Shown here one piece after another: positions 9,734 to 19,946 of a stretch of 64,000 nucleotides of DNA. Made by a program: the position numbers and the translations under genes. Below the pieces are notes generated by a model. That model saw only the letters and a list, made by a program, of their open reading frames with translations, ran no database searches and had not been told where the DNA came from. The stretch comes from Chlamydiia bacterium (lineage in GTDB: Bacteria; Chlamydiota; Chlamydiia; Chlamydiales; Rhabdochlamydiaceae), in assembly GCA_963804085.1 (NCBI GenBank), contig CAWDOQ010000004.1, positions 1 through 64,000 of the forward strand, in the 5' to 3' direction. Each line of letters starts with the position of its first letter. Within the stretch, counting starts at the first letter, position 1.

Positions 9734-10277
9734 ATGGTTAAAGCACTGTCATTTATTCTCTTTTGCGTAACTTTGATTCTGTATTCCTGCTCAGACAACT
9801 CGGAACCGGAAGAGATCGGCATCACCGGCTTATGGAAGAGCCGAGATCAGCACTCGGATAAGCCTCGAGCTCTGGTGGCGATTTACAAATACCAAGACAA
9901 GTACTATGGAAGAATGATAGCCACATACGATGAAGAGGGAAAGATCAAGGATACGATTCTCAAAAAGAAAGAAAAAGCACCGGGAATCGTAGGTAATCCT
10001 CCTTATTGCGGAATGGATTTTATCTACAATGTAAAAAAAGAAGAGGATAACGGTGAAGAAAATGATCAAATACAAAGGTAAAATCACAGATCCCGAGAAA
10101 GGAAAAGTCTATGACGCTGAATTTTGGCTCAGAGACGATGTTCTAATCGTACGAGGCGAGCTTTGGATCTTCGGAAAAAATATACCCTGGCATAAAGCCT
10201 CTAAGCAGGATCTTCCCAAAGGCTTTTCAATGGGTGATATCAAACGTTTTGTACCTGTAATTCCAAAAACTTCTTAA
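9734..10277 (+). pseudogene. DUF2147-family lipoprotein, one frameshift near 10030-10075
   Basis: Lipobox-like LYSC and GLWKS..VAIYK..YYGR in the first ORF. GKITDPEKGKVY..LIVRG continues in a shifted frame (10053-10277). Confidence 0.75.
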
Positions 10278-10355
10278 AATTCTATTTCTCCATTGTTTTT
10301 AATGAATGGAGGGAACTAAAATCTCCCGCAAAATCCCTCACATTTAGACAAAAAG

Positions 10356-12509
10356 ATGAGCAGTCCAGTCTCTGGTAAAAGAACGCTTGAAAAGATGTAT
10401 GGGCAAGAGGATGTTGAGACACCTGTTGCGAAAAGACTTAAAGCTGAGGAGAACGCAGCAGCACTTGTGCTTGCAACTCTTCAGCAGAACGGGGCGAGCT
10501 CTTCCTCTTCTCAACACAATGGTATTTCTCGATCCTCTCCGGTGCAGATCTTATCTTCACAGCAGACCGACTCCTCTAACTCCTCTTCTTCCTCACAGAA
10601 CGCAGCAGAGCGGGCACTGTTAAAGCAAAAAGCTCTCTGTATCGATCTCCTTGCACAGAAAAAATTCTCCGAAGCTATAGAGATGATTCGATCGGCACTT
10701 GGAGTGAAAGGCGCACCCAAGCATTTGATGCCGAGTATTATCTCTTTGCTCTCGAATGCTCTTAGCAAGCGAGGCCATCCAGGAGACATTTTAACTGCAA
10801 TAGATCATCTTCGCATGGCTCTTTCTATGCCTGTGCAAGATCATCGCGAAGGCGCAGAGCTTCATTTACTTTTAAGTTCGGCTCTTGGCCGAACGAATAA
10901 TCCTCGAGACATTGATGCGATGTTAGAATCTGCGGAAGCGGGGTTAAAATTGGCAGAGAAGGAGGATGAGCTCAAGGCGAAGTTATATAATAATCTTGCC
11001 AAGGCTTATATCTTGCGCAATGATTTTCAAAAAGCAGTCGAGGTTCTCTCTGCAGGTCTTGCTATAAAACAGCAAGAAGCACGTCCATCCTTATTTTTCA
11101 ATCTAGGTGAAGCATATAGTGGAATGGGTAAAAGAGATGATGCTTTGAAAAGTTACAAGGAGGCTATCAGCTGTGAAAATGCCGAACCTTTTATAAGAGC
11201 CGCATGTTGCGAGCGATTAGGCACTATTTTATCTAATGGCAATGCCTATGATCTCGATGCTGCCATTGAAAATATCCAGCAAGCGATAGCATTGGGAGAT
11301 CAGCATGAAGAGCGTGCTTTTCATGCCAGTTTATATAGTCTCCTTTCTGTTTTCCTGTTAAGACGTAGTAATGGACATGGAGATTTTAAAAATGCGCTGC
11401 AGGCTGCAAATGAAGCAATAAAAGTGAAGCATAATGATCCTGTCATGCAAGCGCGCGCACGTGCACATTATGCATGGGTATTAACTCAAAGAGGACGCCC
11501 TCGAGATCGCATGATTGCTCTGGAGCAATTGCGTACGGCTAAAGCAATTGCACATAAAAATTGGGAATTGAAAGCGCGGATATTCTATGATCTGGCTTCT
11601 CTTCTTCATCCGAGTATGCAAAAAGTGGAGATGGATGAAGCGTCCAAGTGTTATCTAGCAGCCCTCTCGATGCCTATATCTAATCAATTAAAAGCCAGTA
11701 TAGCCAAAGGATACGGCGATCTTTTGCGGGAAGAAAATTACAAAAATGATCTCGGGTTGGCCCTTCAACAATATGAGTTGGGGGCAAGCTTAGAGCATCC
11801 TGATGGCGCTTTAAGAGCCAAACTCTTTTTTATTCTGGGAGACATTTATGTAGCAAAAGGCGATTTTTCACTCGGTATAGAGCGATACCGTGCAGGAGCA
11901 GTTGTTGAACACAATGATGTTTCTCTAAGAGTCAGACTTTGCATCAAGCTTGTCAAAACCTACCGAGCTCGGAATACAGGTGAGGACCTCTCTTCTGCAA
12001 TCGAGCTGCTTGCTCAGCTTATTAAGATAGAATCCAAAAATGTTAAAAAAGAGGTAGAGCTTAGCTGGTATGGCTCCATTCATGAGTTTTTTTTGCAACG
12101 CAATCAAGAAAAAGATCGCGAAAGAGCATTAGCATATTGTGAAGCTGCAGTCGTTCTTGCTAATGAACTTCCTGTAGAGAAGGGGGGCTTTATGCATAGG
12201 ATCGCTCGAATGCTCTTCGATCGAGCAAAAGAGGGGGATTTGAATCTTGTGATCGACATTCTCACTAAAGCCATGTCGCTCTTAGAAAAAAATCCGCTCG
12301 CTGTTGCCTGCTTATCTCTTCTTGGCCAGGCTTATCATAGGCGCAGTGGCCCTCAGGATCTTTTGCGTGCAGGTAAATGCTTTTTAGAGGGGGTCAGGCG
12401 GCTCGATCCTCAGACGCTTCATTTAAAAGATGAGCTGGTAAAAGGGCTTGCCTCAATCCTACGGAAACCGGAAGAGAGCATTTTACTTGCCCAACAGGCA
12501 AATAAGTAA
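10356..12509 (+). CDS. TPR-repeat protein with Ser-rich N-terminus, candidate secreted effector
   Basis: TPR-like helices (YNNLAKAY, FFNLGEAYSGMG); poly-Ser N-terminus with basic clusters. Confidence 0.8.
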   Translation: MSSPVSGKRTLEKMYGQEDVETPVAKRLKAEENAAALVLATLQQNGASSSSSQHNGISRSSPVQILSSQQTDSSNSSSSSQNAAERALLKQKALCIDLLAQKKFSEAIEMIRSALGVKGAPKHLMPSIISLLSNALSKRGHPGDILTAIDHLRMALSMPVQDHREGAELHLLLSSALGRTNNPRDIDAMLESAEAGLKLAEKEDELKAKLYNNLAKAYILRNDFQKAVEVLSAGLAIKQQEARPSLFFNLGEAYSGMGKRDDALKSYKEAISCENAEPFIRAACCERLGTILSNGNAYDLDAAIENIQQAIALGDQHEERAFHASLYSLLSVFLLRRSNGHGDFKNALQAANEAIKVKHNDPVMQARARAHYAWVLTQRGRPRDRMIALEQLRTAKAIAHKNWELKARIFYDLASLLHPSMQKVEMDEASKCYLAALSMPISNQLKASIAKGYGDLLREENYKNDLGLALQQYELGASLEHPDGALRAKLFFILGDIYVAKGDFSLGIERYRAGAVVEHNDVSLRVRLCIKLVKTYRARNTGEDLSSAIELLAQLIKIESKNVKKEVELSWYGSIHEFFLQRNQEKDRERALAYCEAAVVLANELPVEKGGFMHRIARMLFDRAKEGDLNLVIDILTKAMSLLEKNPLAVACLSLLGQAYHRRSGPQDLLRAGKCFLEGVRRLDPQTLHLKDELVKGLASILRKPEESILLAQQANK

Positions 12510-12623
12510 ACCTATCCAACTTCAAATTAAGCATCGAACCGCTTTTTGATGTTCAAAATAATACTATTTATCCTAAAATTTGATTTTCAACCGAGTCTGG
12601 TACAATTCACAACGAAGGAGACT

Positions 12624-13271
12624 ATGTTAAAAAGATCCCTTCTTCAAGTCACGAGCGTGACGCTTCTTTTTGCAGCAGCTGATGTATGTGCAACAGATTT
12701 CTTTGCCGAGGCTAAAGCCGCCTATTTTCGACCGACGAGTGATAAGTTTCGAGATGTGTATGGCAGTGGAGGGATTTATGGCCTAGAAGCCTCCTGTCAA
12801 TTCTGGAAACCCCTTTATGCCTGGGCAAGTGCAGACTATTTTCACAAACGCGGCAGATCGATCGGATCGGGAGGAGGCAGCTCGACCAAAGTAACTCTTG
12901 TTCCTCTTGCTTTTGGAGCAAAATATCTCATTCCTTATAAATGGGTCGATTTTTATTTGGGAATGGGACCCACCTTCACCTACATGCATTTCACAGACAA
13001 TGCACCCGGTGTCATCCGCCATAGCTCGAAATGGGGATATGGTGGGATGGCCAAAGCTGGTGCTCTTCTCAATTTTAAGAAGCACTTTTTCTTCGATCTA
13101 TTTACCGATTACTCCTATCTCAAAGCCCGGTTTAGTAATACGGGTGAAGGAAAGGTTTTGCGCCCCCGCATGGATCTCAGCCACTGGTCAATTGGGGTAG
13201 GCGTGGGAATGCGTTTGGGAAGATTTGAGAAAAAATCTGCGGCAAACCCCGTAAAAAAACAACGGTTTTAA
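12624..13271 (+). CDS. Small outer-membrane beta-barrel protein
   Basis: AAGGAG RBS before ATG 12624, signal peptide, amphipathic aromatic beta-strands. Confidence 0.75.
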   Translation: MLKRSLLQVTSVTLLFAAADVCATDFFAEAKAAYFRPTSDKFRDVYGSGGIYGLEASCQFWKPLYAWASADYFHKRGRSIGSGGGSSTKVTLVPLAFGAKYLIPYKWVDFYLGMGPTFTYMHFTDNAPGVIRHSSKWGYGGMAKAGALLNFKKHFFFDLFTDYSYLKARFSNTGEGKVLRPRMDLSHWSIGVGVGMRLGRFEKKSAANPVKKQRF

Positions 13272-13308
13272 ATTTCGAGACGTGTTCAACGTCTTTTGGA
13301 GGGTTTTT

Positions 13309-14760
13309 ATGAAGCTGATCAGAGGAGTGTATGTACTAGTTGGCGTCTTGTTCTTTTGGACAAGCTCACTTGCCGCAGAGCTCAGACTTTATGCGGTGAA
13401 TCAAAACGATGGCACAGTCAGTGTCATTGATACGACTACTAACACGGTCGTAGGCTCTCCGATTACTGTCGGTTCTCAGCCATTTTTTATCGCAACGACA
13501 CCAGATGGAAAGCAGCTCTATGTGCCAAATTCTGGCGACACTACTGTAAGTGTGATCGATGTGGCAACCAGCGCCGTTTCTACAATTACAGTTGGTAGTG
13601 GACCTGGTAGTGGACCCAGTTATGCAGCATTCACAGCCACTAAGGCCTACGTGACCAATTTTAATGATGGCACTGTCAGTGTCATTAACCTTGCAGATCA
13701 AACAGTCCCTACTACGATTACTGTGGGTTCTCAGCCATCATTTATTGCGACCACGCCGGATGGAAGCCAGGTCTATGTGTTGAATGCAGGTGATGGTACA
13801 GTGAGTGTGATTTCCACCGCATCAGACATGGTGATAGACACGGTGACTGTGGGAAGCCAGCCTGCATATGTTGCCTTCACTGACACCCATGCCTTCGTGA
13901 CTAATTTCGGAAGTGACTCGGTGAGCGTCATTAATCTTGTAGATCACACGCTCAATACCACAATTTCTGGAGTAGCGCGTGGCCCCAATTTTATTGCTGT
14001 GTCTCCAGATCAAAGCCTAGCCTTTGTCGCTCTTTCGACACCTTCGATCGCAGTGGGCGCTATTAGTGTAGCTGTGATCGATACAACAGCCTTTACCGTA
14101 ATCCAAGCATATGGAGGAATAAATGAAGCCCCCTCGTATCTTGCATTCACTCCAGATGGAACCGAAGTTTATGCGCCTATCTTTTTTATAAATTCTTCCC
14201 CCTTCACGAGGGGTCACACAATTTTAGAAATGGATGTAGGAACGTCTAATACCACCACGATTACCGAAAGTGGAACACAAACGGGTCCTCTCTTTCCAGC
14301 AATCACACCCGATGGCAGTACGGTTTATGTGTTGAATGCACCTCAGATTGGTAATGGTTCAGCAAGTGTCGTCGATGTCGCTACCAAGACAATCCTTACA
14401 ACAATCCCTATCGGCCACTCTCCCCAATGGGCTGCATTCGCCAACTTTAGTATAGGTCCATCGGCTCCGACATCGCCTGCCGGGAAGCAAGTTGGGAACT
14501 GTTTTTTTGATCAGACCGACCTGATCAATGTCATCCAATGGAATGCCTCTTCTACAGGCTCGCCCGTACAGTATAAGATCTATCGTGATGCTGCACTCAC
14601 AGATCTTGCAGGCACAGTGCCTGCCACTCAGCTTAAATTTAAAGATCGCAATCGCATGCAAGGCCAGACCTATACTTATTACATTATCGCGGTAGACGCT
14701 AGCGGAGGAACCTCTTCTGCCGCAATCGTCACCGTCTTCCCTAGTAAGGGCCCTTGCTAG
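13309..14760 (+). CDS. YVTN/YncE beta-propeller surface protein with C-terminal FN3-like domain
   Basis: Repeated TPDG..YV.N.GD.TVSVID motifs; YKIYRD...YTYYIIAVD at the C-terminus. Confidence 0.88.
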   Translation: MKLIRGVYVLVGVLFFWTSSLAAELRLYAVNQNDGTVSVIDTTTNTVVGSPITVGSQPFFIATTPDGKQLYVPNSGDTTVSVIDVATSAVSTITVGSGPGSGPSYAAFTATKAYVTNFNDGTVSVINLADQTVPTTITVGSQPSFIATTPDGSQVYVLNAGDGTVSVISTASDMVIDTVTVGSQPAYVAFTDTHAFVTNFGSDSVSVINLVDHTLNTTISGVARGPNFIAVSPDQSLAFVALSTPSIAVGAISVAVIDTTAFTVIQAYGGINEAPSYLAFTPDGTEVYAPIFFINSSPFTRGHTILEMDVGTSNTTTITESGTQTGPLFPAITPDGSTVYVLNAPQIGNGSASVVDVATKTILTTIPIGHSPQWAAFANFSIGPSAPTSPAGKQVGNCFFDQTDLINVIQWNASSTGSPVQYKIYRDAALTDLAGTVPATQLKFKDRNRMQGQTYTYYIIAVDASGGTSSAAIVTVFPSKGPC

Positions 14761-15896
14761 TGGTCCATTCGCTATCTGATTGCGCTTTTTTTTCGGATAC
14801 CGGTCGAGTGAGCTGCGCTCTTGGGTATGTGATGAGATGTGAAGACTATTTTCACTTAGGCTGCCGCAGCGTTCTTCCCATTACGAGATTGACCGGCTCC
14901 ACAGTGCAGATTGGGCAGAAATACCGACGCGTAGAATCCTCCTGCTGCACGACTGCCGTCAAAGTTGCAAGCTGGTTTTTGACGCTAGGCTTAATGCCTC
15001 TTGTTGCCGGGATCTCAGTGGGAGTGGGGCGCTGCTACTACCGCATCAAAGTAGATAGGAACGAGTTTATAAAAGACACGGCTCGGCTAATTAGAAAAAC
15101 AGCTGCACGTTCTCCGCGAACAAATCGCGATCTTCAAAGTGTCGACCGGATTTTGGGAGAGCTCTACTTAGGAGGCGGCTTAGAGTTTCTCGACTGCACG
15201 GGCATGGCGATTTTTGCTAGAGACAAAACGGGGAATGTTGTGGGGATGAGAAACACAAGCAACCCCCGTCAGTACAAACAGATTGTCACCTTATGTCCTC
15301 TCGAAGTTTTTGAAAAGGAGACCGATCTTTTTAGTGAAAGCCACGTTTATGACCAGACGTGCATTTTGGAAAACTACTTTCAAGCTATAAAAGTGGACTG
15401 GTATTACTTCGGAAGAACAATACTGGATGTACAAAATCAAGATGCTCCGGATTTAGTCGCTCTTAAATGGGCCACTTTGGTGCATGACTGCTCCGTCGAG
15501 TCACCTCTTGCTGAGTTTTCAATGGAGGAGGAATCTGAACAACATATTTATGCAATCCGCGCAACAAAAGCAGCTATTGTAGACCGTATGCAGCCCCAAT
15601 CACTTTTTCAGCGAGCTTTTAATGTTTTTGATAAAGCCGTCTTTGAAAACCAAAAGACACTTGTTCATTGCGCACGCGGTATGTCTAGAAGCGTCACTGC
15701 TGTGATCGCTTATATCATCAAGACGTTTGGAGTCACGGCCGAAGAGGCTACACGATTTGTGCAATGTCAGCACGCCATTGCAAGCCCCCGCTTCCCGGAA
15801 CAGCTACGCAACTACCAACAGCTGCTCAATCCAGCCCCTCCTCTTTCTGAACAGAAGTGGGCGCTTACTAAAGAAGAGCGGTTAGAGCTCGTTTAA
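14754..15896 (+). CDS. Dual-specificity protein phosphatase domain protein, candidate effector
   Basis: Intact CX5R motif VHCARGMSRS; ELYLGG; N-terminal hydrophobic segment. Confidence 0.85.
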   Translation: MLVVHSLSDCAFFSDTGRVSCALGYVMRCEDYFHLGCRSVLPITRLTGSTVQIGQKYRRVESSCCTTAVKVASWFLTLGLMPLVAGISVGVGRCYYRIKVDRNEFIKDTARLIRKTAARSPRTNRDLQSVDRILGELYLGGGLEFLDCTGMAIFARDKTGNVVGMRNTSNPRQYKQIVTLCPLEVFEKETDLFSESHVYDQTCILENYFQAIKVDWYYFGRTILDVQNQDAPDLVALKWATLVHDCSVESPLAEFSMEEESEQHIYAIRATKAAIVDRMQPQSLFQRAFNVFDKAVFENQKTLVHCARGMSRSVTAVIAYIIKTFGVTAEEATRFVQCQHAIASPRFPEQLRNYQQLLNPAPPLSEQKWALTKEERLELV

Positions 15897-15899
15897 AGA

Positions 15900-17288
15900 T
15901 CACATTATCTGGCATCCATAATGATGCAGCTGCTTTTGAGCATCTACGAGAGCAGGCTGAGTGGAAGAGTAGACACTAAAAGGCAGGGTAACATCATTTG
16001 GGATGCAGTTGTTAAGGATATTCAAGTGCGCAAGGCGGGTGAGTTTAGTTACCTCTTTGCAGAGGTTAGGAAGCTTGTTGTGAGAGAGGTTTAGGTATTG
16101 TAGTTGCGCCAGATTGCCAATGGCTGCAGGCACTTCTCTAATCGCGTTGTGGCTCAAATCCAGATCTCTTAGCGACATCATTTCGCAAATTCCCATAGGA
16201 AAAGCGGTAAAACAGTTAGAGCGCAGCGAAAGAGTGGTAAGGCGCGGCCAGAAGTCAGCTGTCATCGTGCACGTTGCAACTTCAAACCCTTCATTTTCAA
16301 CAAAACGGGTCTTTTCTATGAAGGAGGTCTCTTGTTTATCTAGTTCGTCGGGAAGGTGTTTCAACCTGCAACCGCTAAGGTCGATCTCTTCTACCATATC
16401 CCATTTGGTCACGGTGTCGGGCAGAGTTTCGAGCGGATTAAACGAGAGGTACACCTCTCTCACCTCTTGCCAACAGCCCACTTCCGGAGGGAGCGTTTTA
16501 AGTTGGTTGCGTCTTAAAAAAAGCCTTTCAATTTTGGACCAGCAGCCCACTTGAGGGGGAAGTTCACGAAGTTGATTATCATTGAGATTTACCCACGTTA
16601 GTTCTGTGAGGTTTTCAACTTCATTGGGAAGCTTGGCAATCCTATTTTCGCGAAGATCCAATTTCCTGAGCTTGTGCATGCTGCATACACCAACCGGAAG
16701 GCTGGTAAGCTCGTTACCTTTAAGTAAGAGGCAGAACAAAGAGGAGAGGCGACCGATAATATCAGGAAGATCGACAAGGTCTTTCTCTGAAAGATCGAGC
16801 TGGCGCATTCTCTTACAAAAAACATCTACTTTTTCTGCATTGTTTCTCTCAAGAGCGCACCAAGCATCCAATGCTTTCGGGTTTTGTGGAGAAGCTTTTC
16901 TAAAGAGTGTGATGATCCTCTCCGCATTCATGCGGCTTACCAGATGAATAAGCTCTTGCGGATCAAAAAGAACGCGCTTACGGAGAGGCATCTTGTCTCG
17001 TTTTAGGACCATTGAGGCGTCCTTCCAAACGGTTTCAATAAGCGTGCGTAAACTTTTTTTAGATCTCACCCCTGATGTGTCTTGTCGCCCTTCATCATAC
17101 GTTTTCCAAGCAGCATCGACTAGATCCTTGAGATCATCATATTGCCTGCAAGTATTTAGAATGCTCCGGCGGGAGCTAGGGGCGAGAATCATCTTCCATT
17201 GTTTCGACACGCATGCAAGGGTATGCGGTTCAGAAGAGCAGTAGCCTATCCATTGTAAGCAATCAAAATCTAATTTTGAGATAGTCAT
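15900..17288 (-). CDS. F-box-like/leucine-rich-repeat protein
   Basis: LxxLxLxxN repeats; N-terminal LACVSKQW F-box-like motif. Confidence 0.88.
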   Translation of the reverse strand: MTISKLDFDCLQWIGYCSSEPHTLACVSKQWKMILAPSSRRSILNTCRQYDDLKDLVDAAWKTYDEGRQDTSGVRSKKSLRTLIETVWKDASMVLKRDKMPLRKRVLFDPQELIHLVSRMNAERIITLFRKASPQNPKALDAWCALERNNAEKVDVFCKRMRQLDLSEKDLVDLPDIIGRLSSLFCLLLKGNELTSLPVGVCSMHKLRKLDLRENRIAKLPNEVENLTELTWVNLNDNQLRELPPQVGCWSKIERLFLRRNQLKTLPPEVGCWQEVREVYLSFNPLETLPDTVTKWDMVEEIDLSGCRLKHLPDELDKQETSFIEKTRFVENEGFEVATCTMTADFWPRLTTLSLRSNCFTAFPMGICEMMSLRDLDLSHNAIREVPAAIGNLAQLQYLNLSHNKLPNLCKEVTKLTRLAHLNILNNCIPNDVTLPFSVYSSTQPALVDAQKQLHHYGCQIM

Positions 17289-17430
17289 AGCGGGTAGTTT
17301 AAAACAAAATCGTAAATAGTTTCCATATACATAATTAATTGCAAAATTTGTTTAATAATTAAATTTTTTATTGCGGATGGTTTTTATATAGAGTTTCCTC
17401 TAAGATATACCCTCTTTAATGGAGGAATAT

Positions 17431-18438
17431 ATGGATCAAACGACACTTTTAGTGAATACCGAGGTGCAAAATCAGGGCTATCTCTGCAGCTTTTTTGATC
17501 TGGCGCTTGCCCCTTGCCGCTATCTTTTCGAAGGCAGGACCGTTCAAGTCGTCCACTCAGGCTTAAAGACAGAGGTGCACCATGTGCGCTCCTACCACCC
17601 TTGCGGCGAGAAGAACCGCTCCCTGACGAACAAGGAGCTGGCCTCTTCGGGTATGAATATGTTTAAAACGGCTCTCATGATCCTCCTTTTCATTCCCGGG
17701 TTTATCATCGGCTTTTATGGAAAGTTGCTGCTCACCTGCTTCTCCTCACAACTTACAGAATCCCATGAGTTCATCGTCAAAGATTTGATTAGCTCCTACA
17801 CGCAAGAGCGCGCGCAGCAGGCGGGTAAGATGGTGGCTGAAGCTTTCTTGAGGGCTCTAGGTGGAACTGATGCTGATGTCGAAGAATTAAATGCACATGC
17901 ACCCAAGCAAGAAGGCACGACTGTGGACTTTTTGTGGCAGAAGAAGATTTTAAATTTACGCACAATTGGCACGCCTAATGATCCTGTGACATCCCAGATG
18001 CAGCTACAGAATAAATTAAGTGAAGAATGGGCAAAGACAAAAAAAGAGAACCCCGGTCAGCCTACCGACATTCTGATGATCTTTGGAAAAAAAGATCTCA
18101 TTATTGGCCAAGACCCCGGCTTTTTACAGTTCAATCCGATGAAGGTGATCTTAGTTGGCCCAAAAATCGGCGAGAAGGTCTATGGCCATCGCCTGGGTGA
18201 AAAAGATTTCGCACCCGACGCTCTCTTACCCTTTAAAAAGACGCTCGAAGAGAGCGGCAAGTGGCAAGTCAAGGATGTAAAGGGCACGGGCGATGCGATT
18301 CAAGATGCCCCAGACACAAGAAGCTGGTTTCCTTGCAAACCTTGGCATGTCGTCTATAACGTTCCGAGTAGTGATGTGGCTGCAAAAGCAAAGGCGCCTG
18401 CTAAGAAAGAGAAGAAGATCCACGGATTAAGAGGATAA
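17431..18438 (+). CDS. Hypothetical membrane-anchored protein (chlamydial effector-like)
   Basis: GGAGG RBS; hydrophobic TALMILLFIPGFIIGFYG segment. Confidence 0.65.
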   Translation: MDQTTLLVNTEVQNQGYLCSFFDLALAPCRYLFEGRTVQVVHSGLKTEVHHVRSYHPCGEKNRSLTNKELASSGMNMFKTALMILLFIPGFIIGFYGKLLLTCFSSQLTESHEFIVKDLISSYTQERAQQAGKMVAEAFLRALGGTDADVEELNAHAPKQEGTTVDFLWQKKILNLRTIGTPNDPVTSQMQLQNKLSEEWAKTKKENPGQPTDILMIFGKKDLIIGQDPGFLQFNPMKVILVGPKIGEKVYGHRLGEKDFAPDALLPFKKTLEESGKWQVKDVKGTGDAIQDAPDTRSWFPCKPWHVVYNVPSSDVAAKAKAPAKKEKKIHGLRG

Positions 18439-18441
18439 GGG

Positions 18442-19893
18442 ATGAGCTTTGATGCTCTTTCTCTCAACACCCGCGGCTGCATAGGCCCTTTCCTCGATGA
18501 TACGCGAGATCTTGCTAAGATCGCGCCTGTGTCGCGCAATTTTCAAAGCTCGGTTGCTTTCAAAAATCGAGAATGGTTTTTGCTCGATGTAGGGGCGCTA
18601 ACACCCTCAGATAAAACCGATTTTGCGAGCCTATGGACCGAGCATAACAACTTGCGCCTCTTCAAATCGCTTAAGCCTGAGAGCCTGAAGAGCAGCTTTC
18701 TTGCATTCGAAGGTCCCGCACTTAAAGTCCATGACTGGAAAAGCGCCGGCATCTTTGACACACTGGCCTACTACTTTGGCATCCAGCACGAGTCTTTAGC
18801 AGATAACTTTGCTACTTTAAGCCAGAAGAAAGCCACTCAGATCGATGAGCTGATCGCCATGAAGCCCCCGAACCGTCTCAATGAGTTTAGAAACATCTGC
18901 TTCCGCGCCAAGAATCTTGAAAGAGAGATTGCGAGCATGAAAGAGCTCATAGCAGCGAGCGCTTCGGACCTAGATGCAGCGACGGCCGAACTCTTTTGTT
19001 TGGCACGCTGGATCGCCCAGTTCGCCCAGTGGGTCGTCTGCTACTTCATGCAAAGCCCCGAGAAGATCAAACAGATTGATGCTGCTTTTACTCCTTTGCA
19101 AACAGACGGAGGTAAGCTATCTGCTCTTGCGCGCGGGAAGTTTAAGGAGACTCCCGATGCCTGGTGTGGTGTGCGTATCGGTGAAACTTATATCGATCCC
19201 AAGCGGCTCGTCGGCGTTTATGCCTTTCCTCGTAACTACGCTAAATCTGACACCGGGGAGCTGGTCTTTAGTGGCGATGTCGTTTTTGTGCTATCAGAAA
19301 CGGGAAAGAGTGAAGATTGGCGCGCAGATTGCGCTGTTGCCCGCATTTGGCAAGATCGGGATAAGGGCTGGGGTATCAGCGAAGATTACACCGTAGACAA
19401 GCCAAAAGCTATCTTTGCTAGAAGACTAGAGTTGACAAGTCTAAGAGAGCGTGGTGCAGACACTCCCTATTTTGCGGTAAATGGCGATCGCCCTTTCATG
19501 CGCAAGCTCTCTCAACTTGCAGTAGAGATCCTCCTAAGAGAAGGGGAGAAGCGTATGACCTATTGTAACGCCTATGATTACGCGCATGTGCTTATTCCAG
19601 CGGGCTTCCAAGCGAGAAGAGACAAAAAGATAAAAGAGACAAAGATTATCAAGAAGATTAAAGAAGCGCGTGAAAGGGGAAGAAGATTCCCCAACTACCA
19701 TGATGAGGCGATGTTTAATATGCAACTCCGCAACAAGCCTCTGGGAAGTCTTTTAGACACCCCCGTGGATTGGGGTGAGGGGGCGCGCACCTGGCGGAGT
19801 CGCCTTCAGACCGAACCCATGCTTTGGGGTACGGGCGCCATATTGCCCCGCTATTGGCGTCAAAACATTTATTTATTAGAAAAAAGAACATAA
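18442..19893 (+). CDS. Hypothetical protein, paralog of 19947-21353
   Basis: Shared AYYFG, LARWI, MRKL.QL.VE.LLREGE, FP.Y.DE and PVD.GEGA.TW motifs. Confidence 0.8.
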   Translation: MSFDALSLNTRGCIGPFLDDTRDLAKIAPVSRNFQSSVAFKNREWFLLDVGALTPSDKTDFASLWTEHNNLRLFKSLKPESLKSSFLAFEGPALKVHDWKSAGIFDTLAYYFGIQHESLADNFATLSQKKATQIDELIAMKPPNRLNEFRNICFRAKNLEREIASMKELIAASASDLDAATAELFCLARWIAQFAQWVVCYFMQSPEKIKQIDAAFTPLQTDGGKLSALARGKFKETPDAWCGVRIGETYIDPKRLVGVYAFPRNYAKSDTGELVFSGDVVFVLSETGKSEDWRADCAVARIWQDRDKGWGISEDYTVDKPKAIFARRLELTSLRERGADTPYFAVNGDRPFMRKLSQLAVEILLREGEKRMTYCNAYDYAHVLIPAGFQARRDKKIKETKIIKKIKEARERGRRFPNYHDEAMFNMQLRNKPLGSLLDTPVDWGEGARTWRSRLQTEPMLWGTGAILPRYWRQNIYLLEKRT

Positions 19894-19946
19894 TTTAAAT
19901 TTTAATAATTCAAATCATTGTTCAATAATGTTAAAATTTTAAGCCT

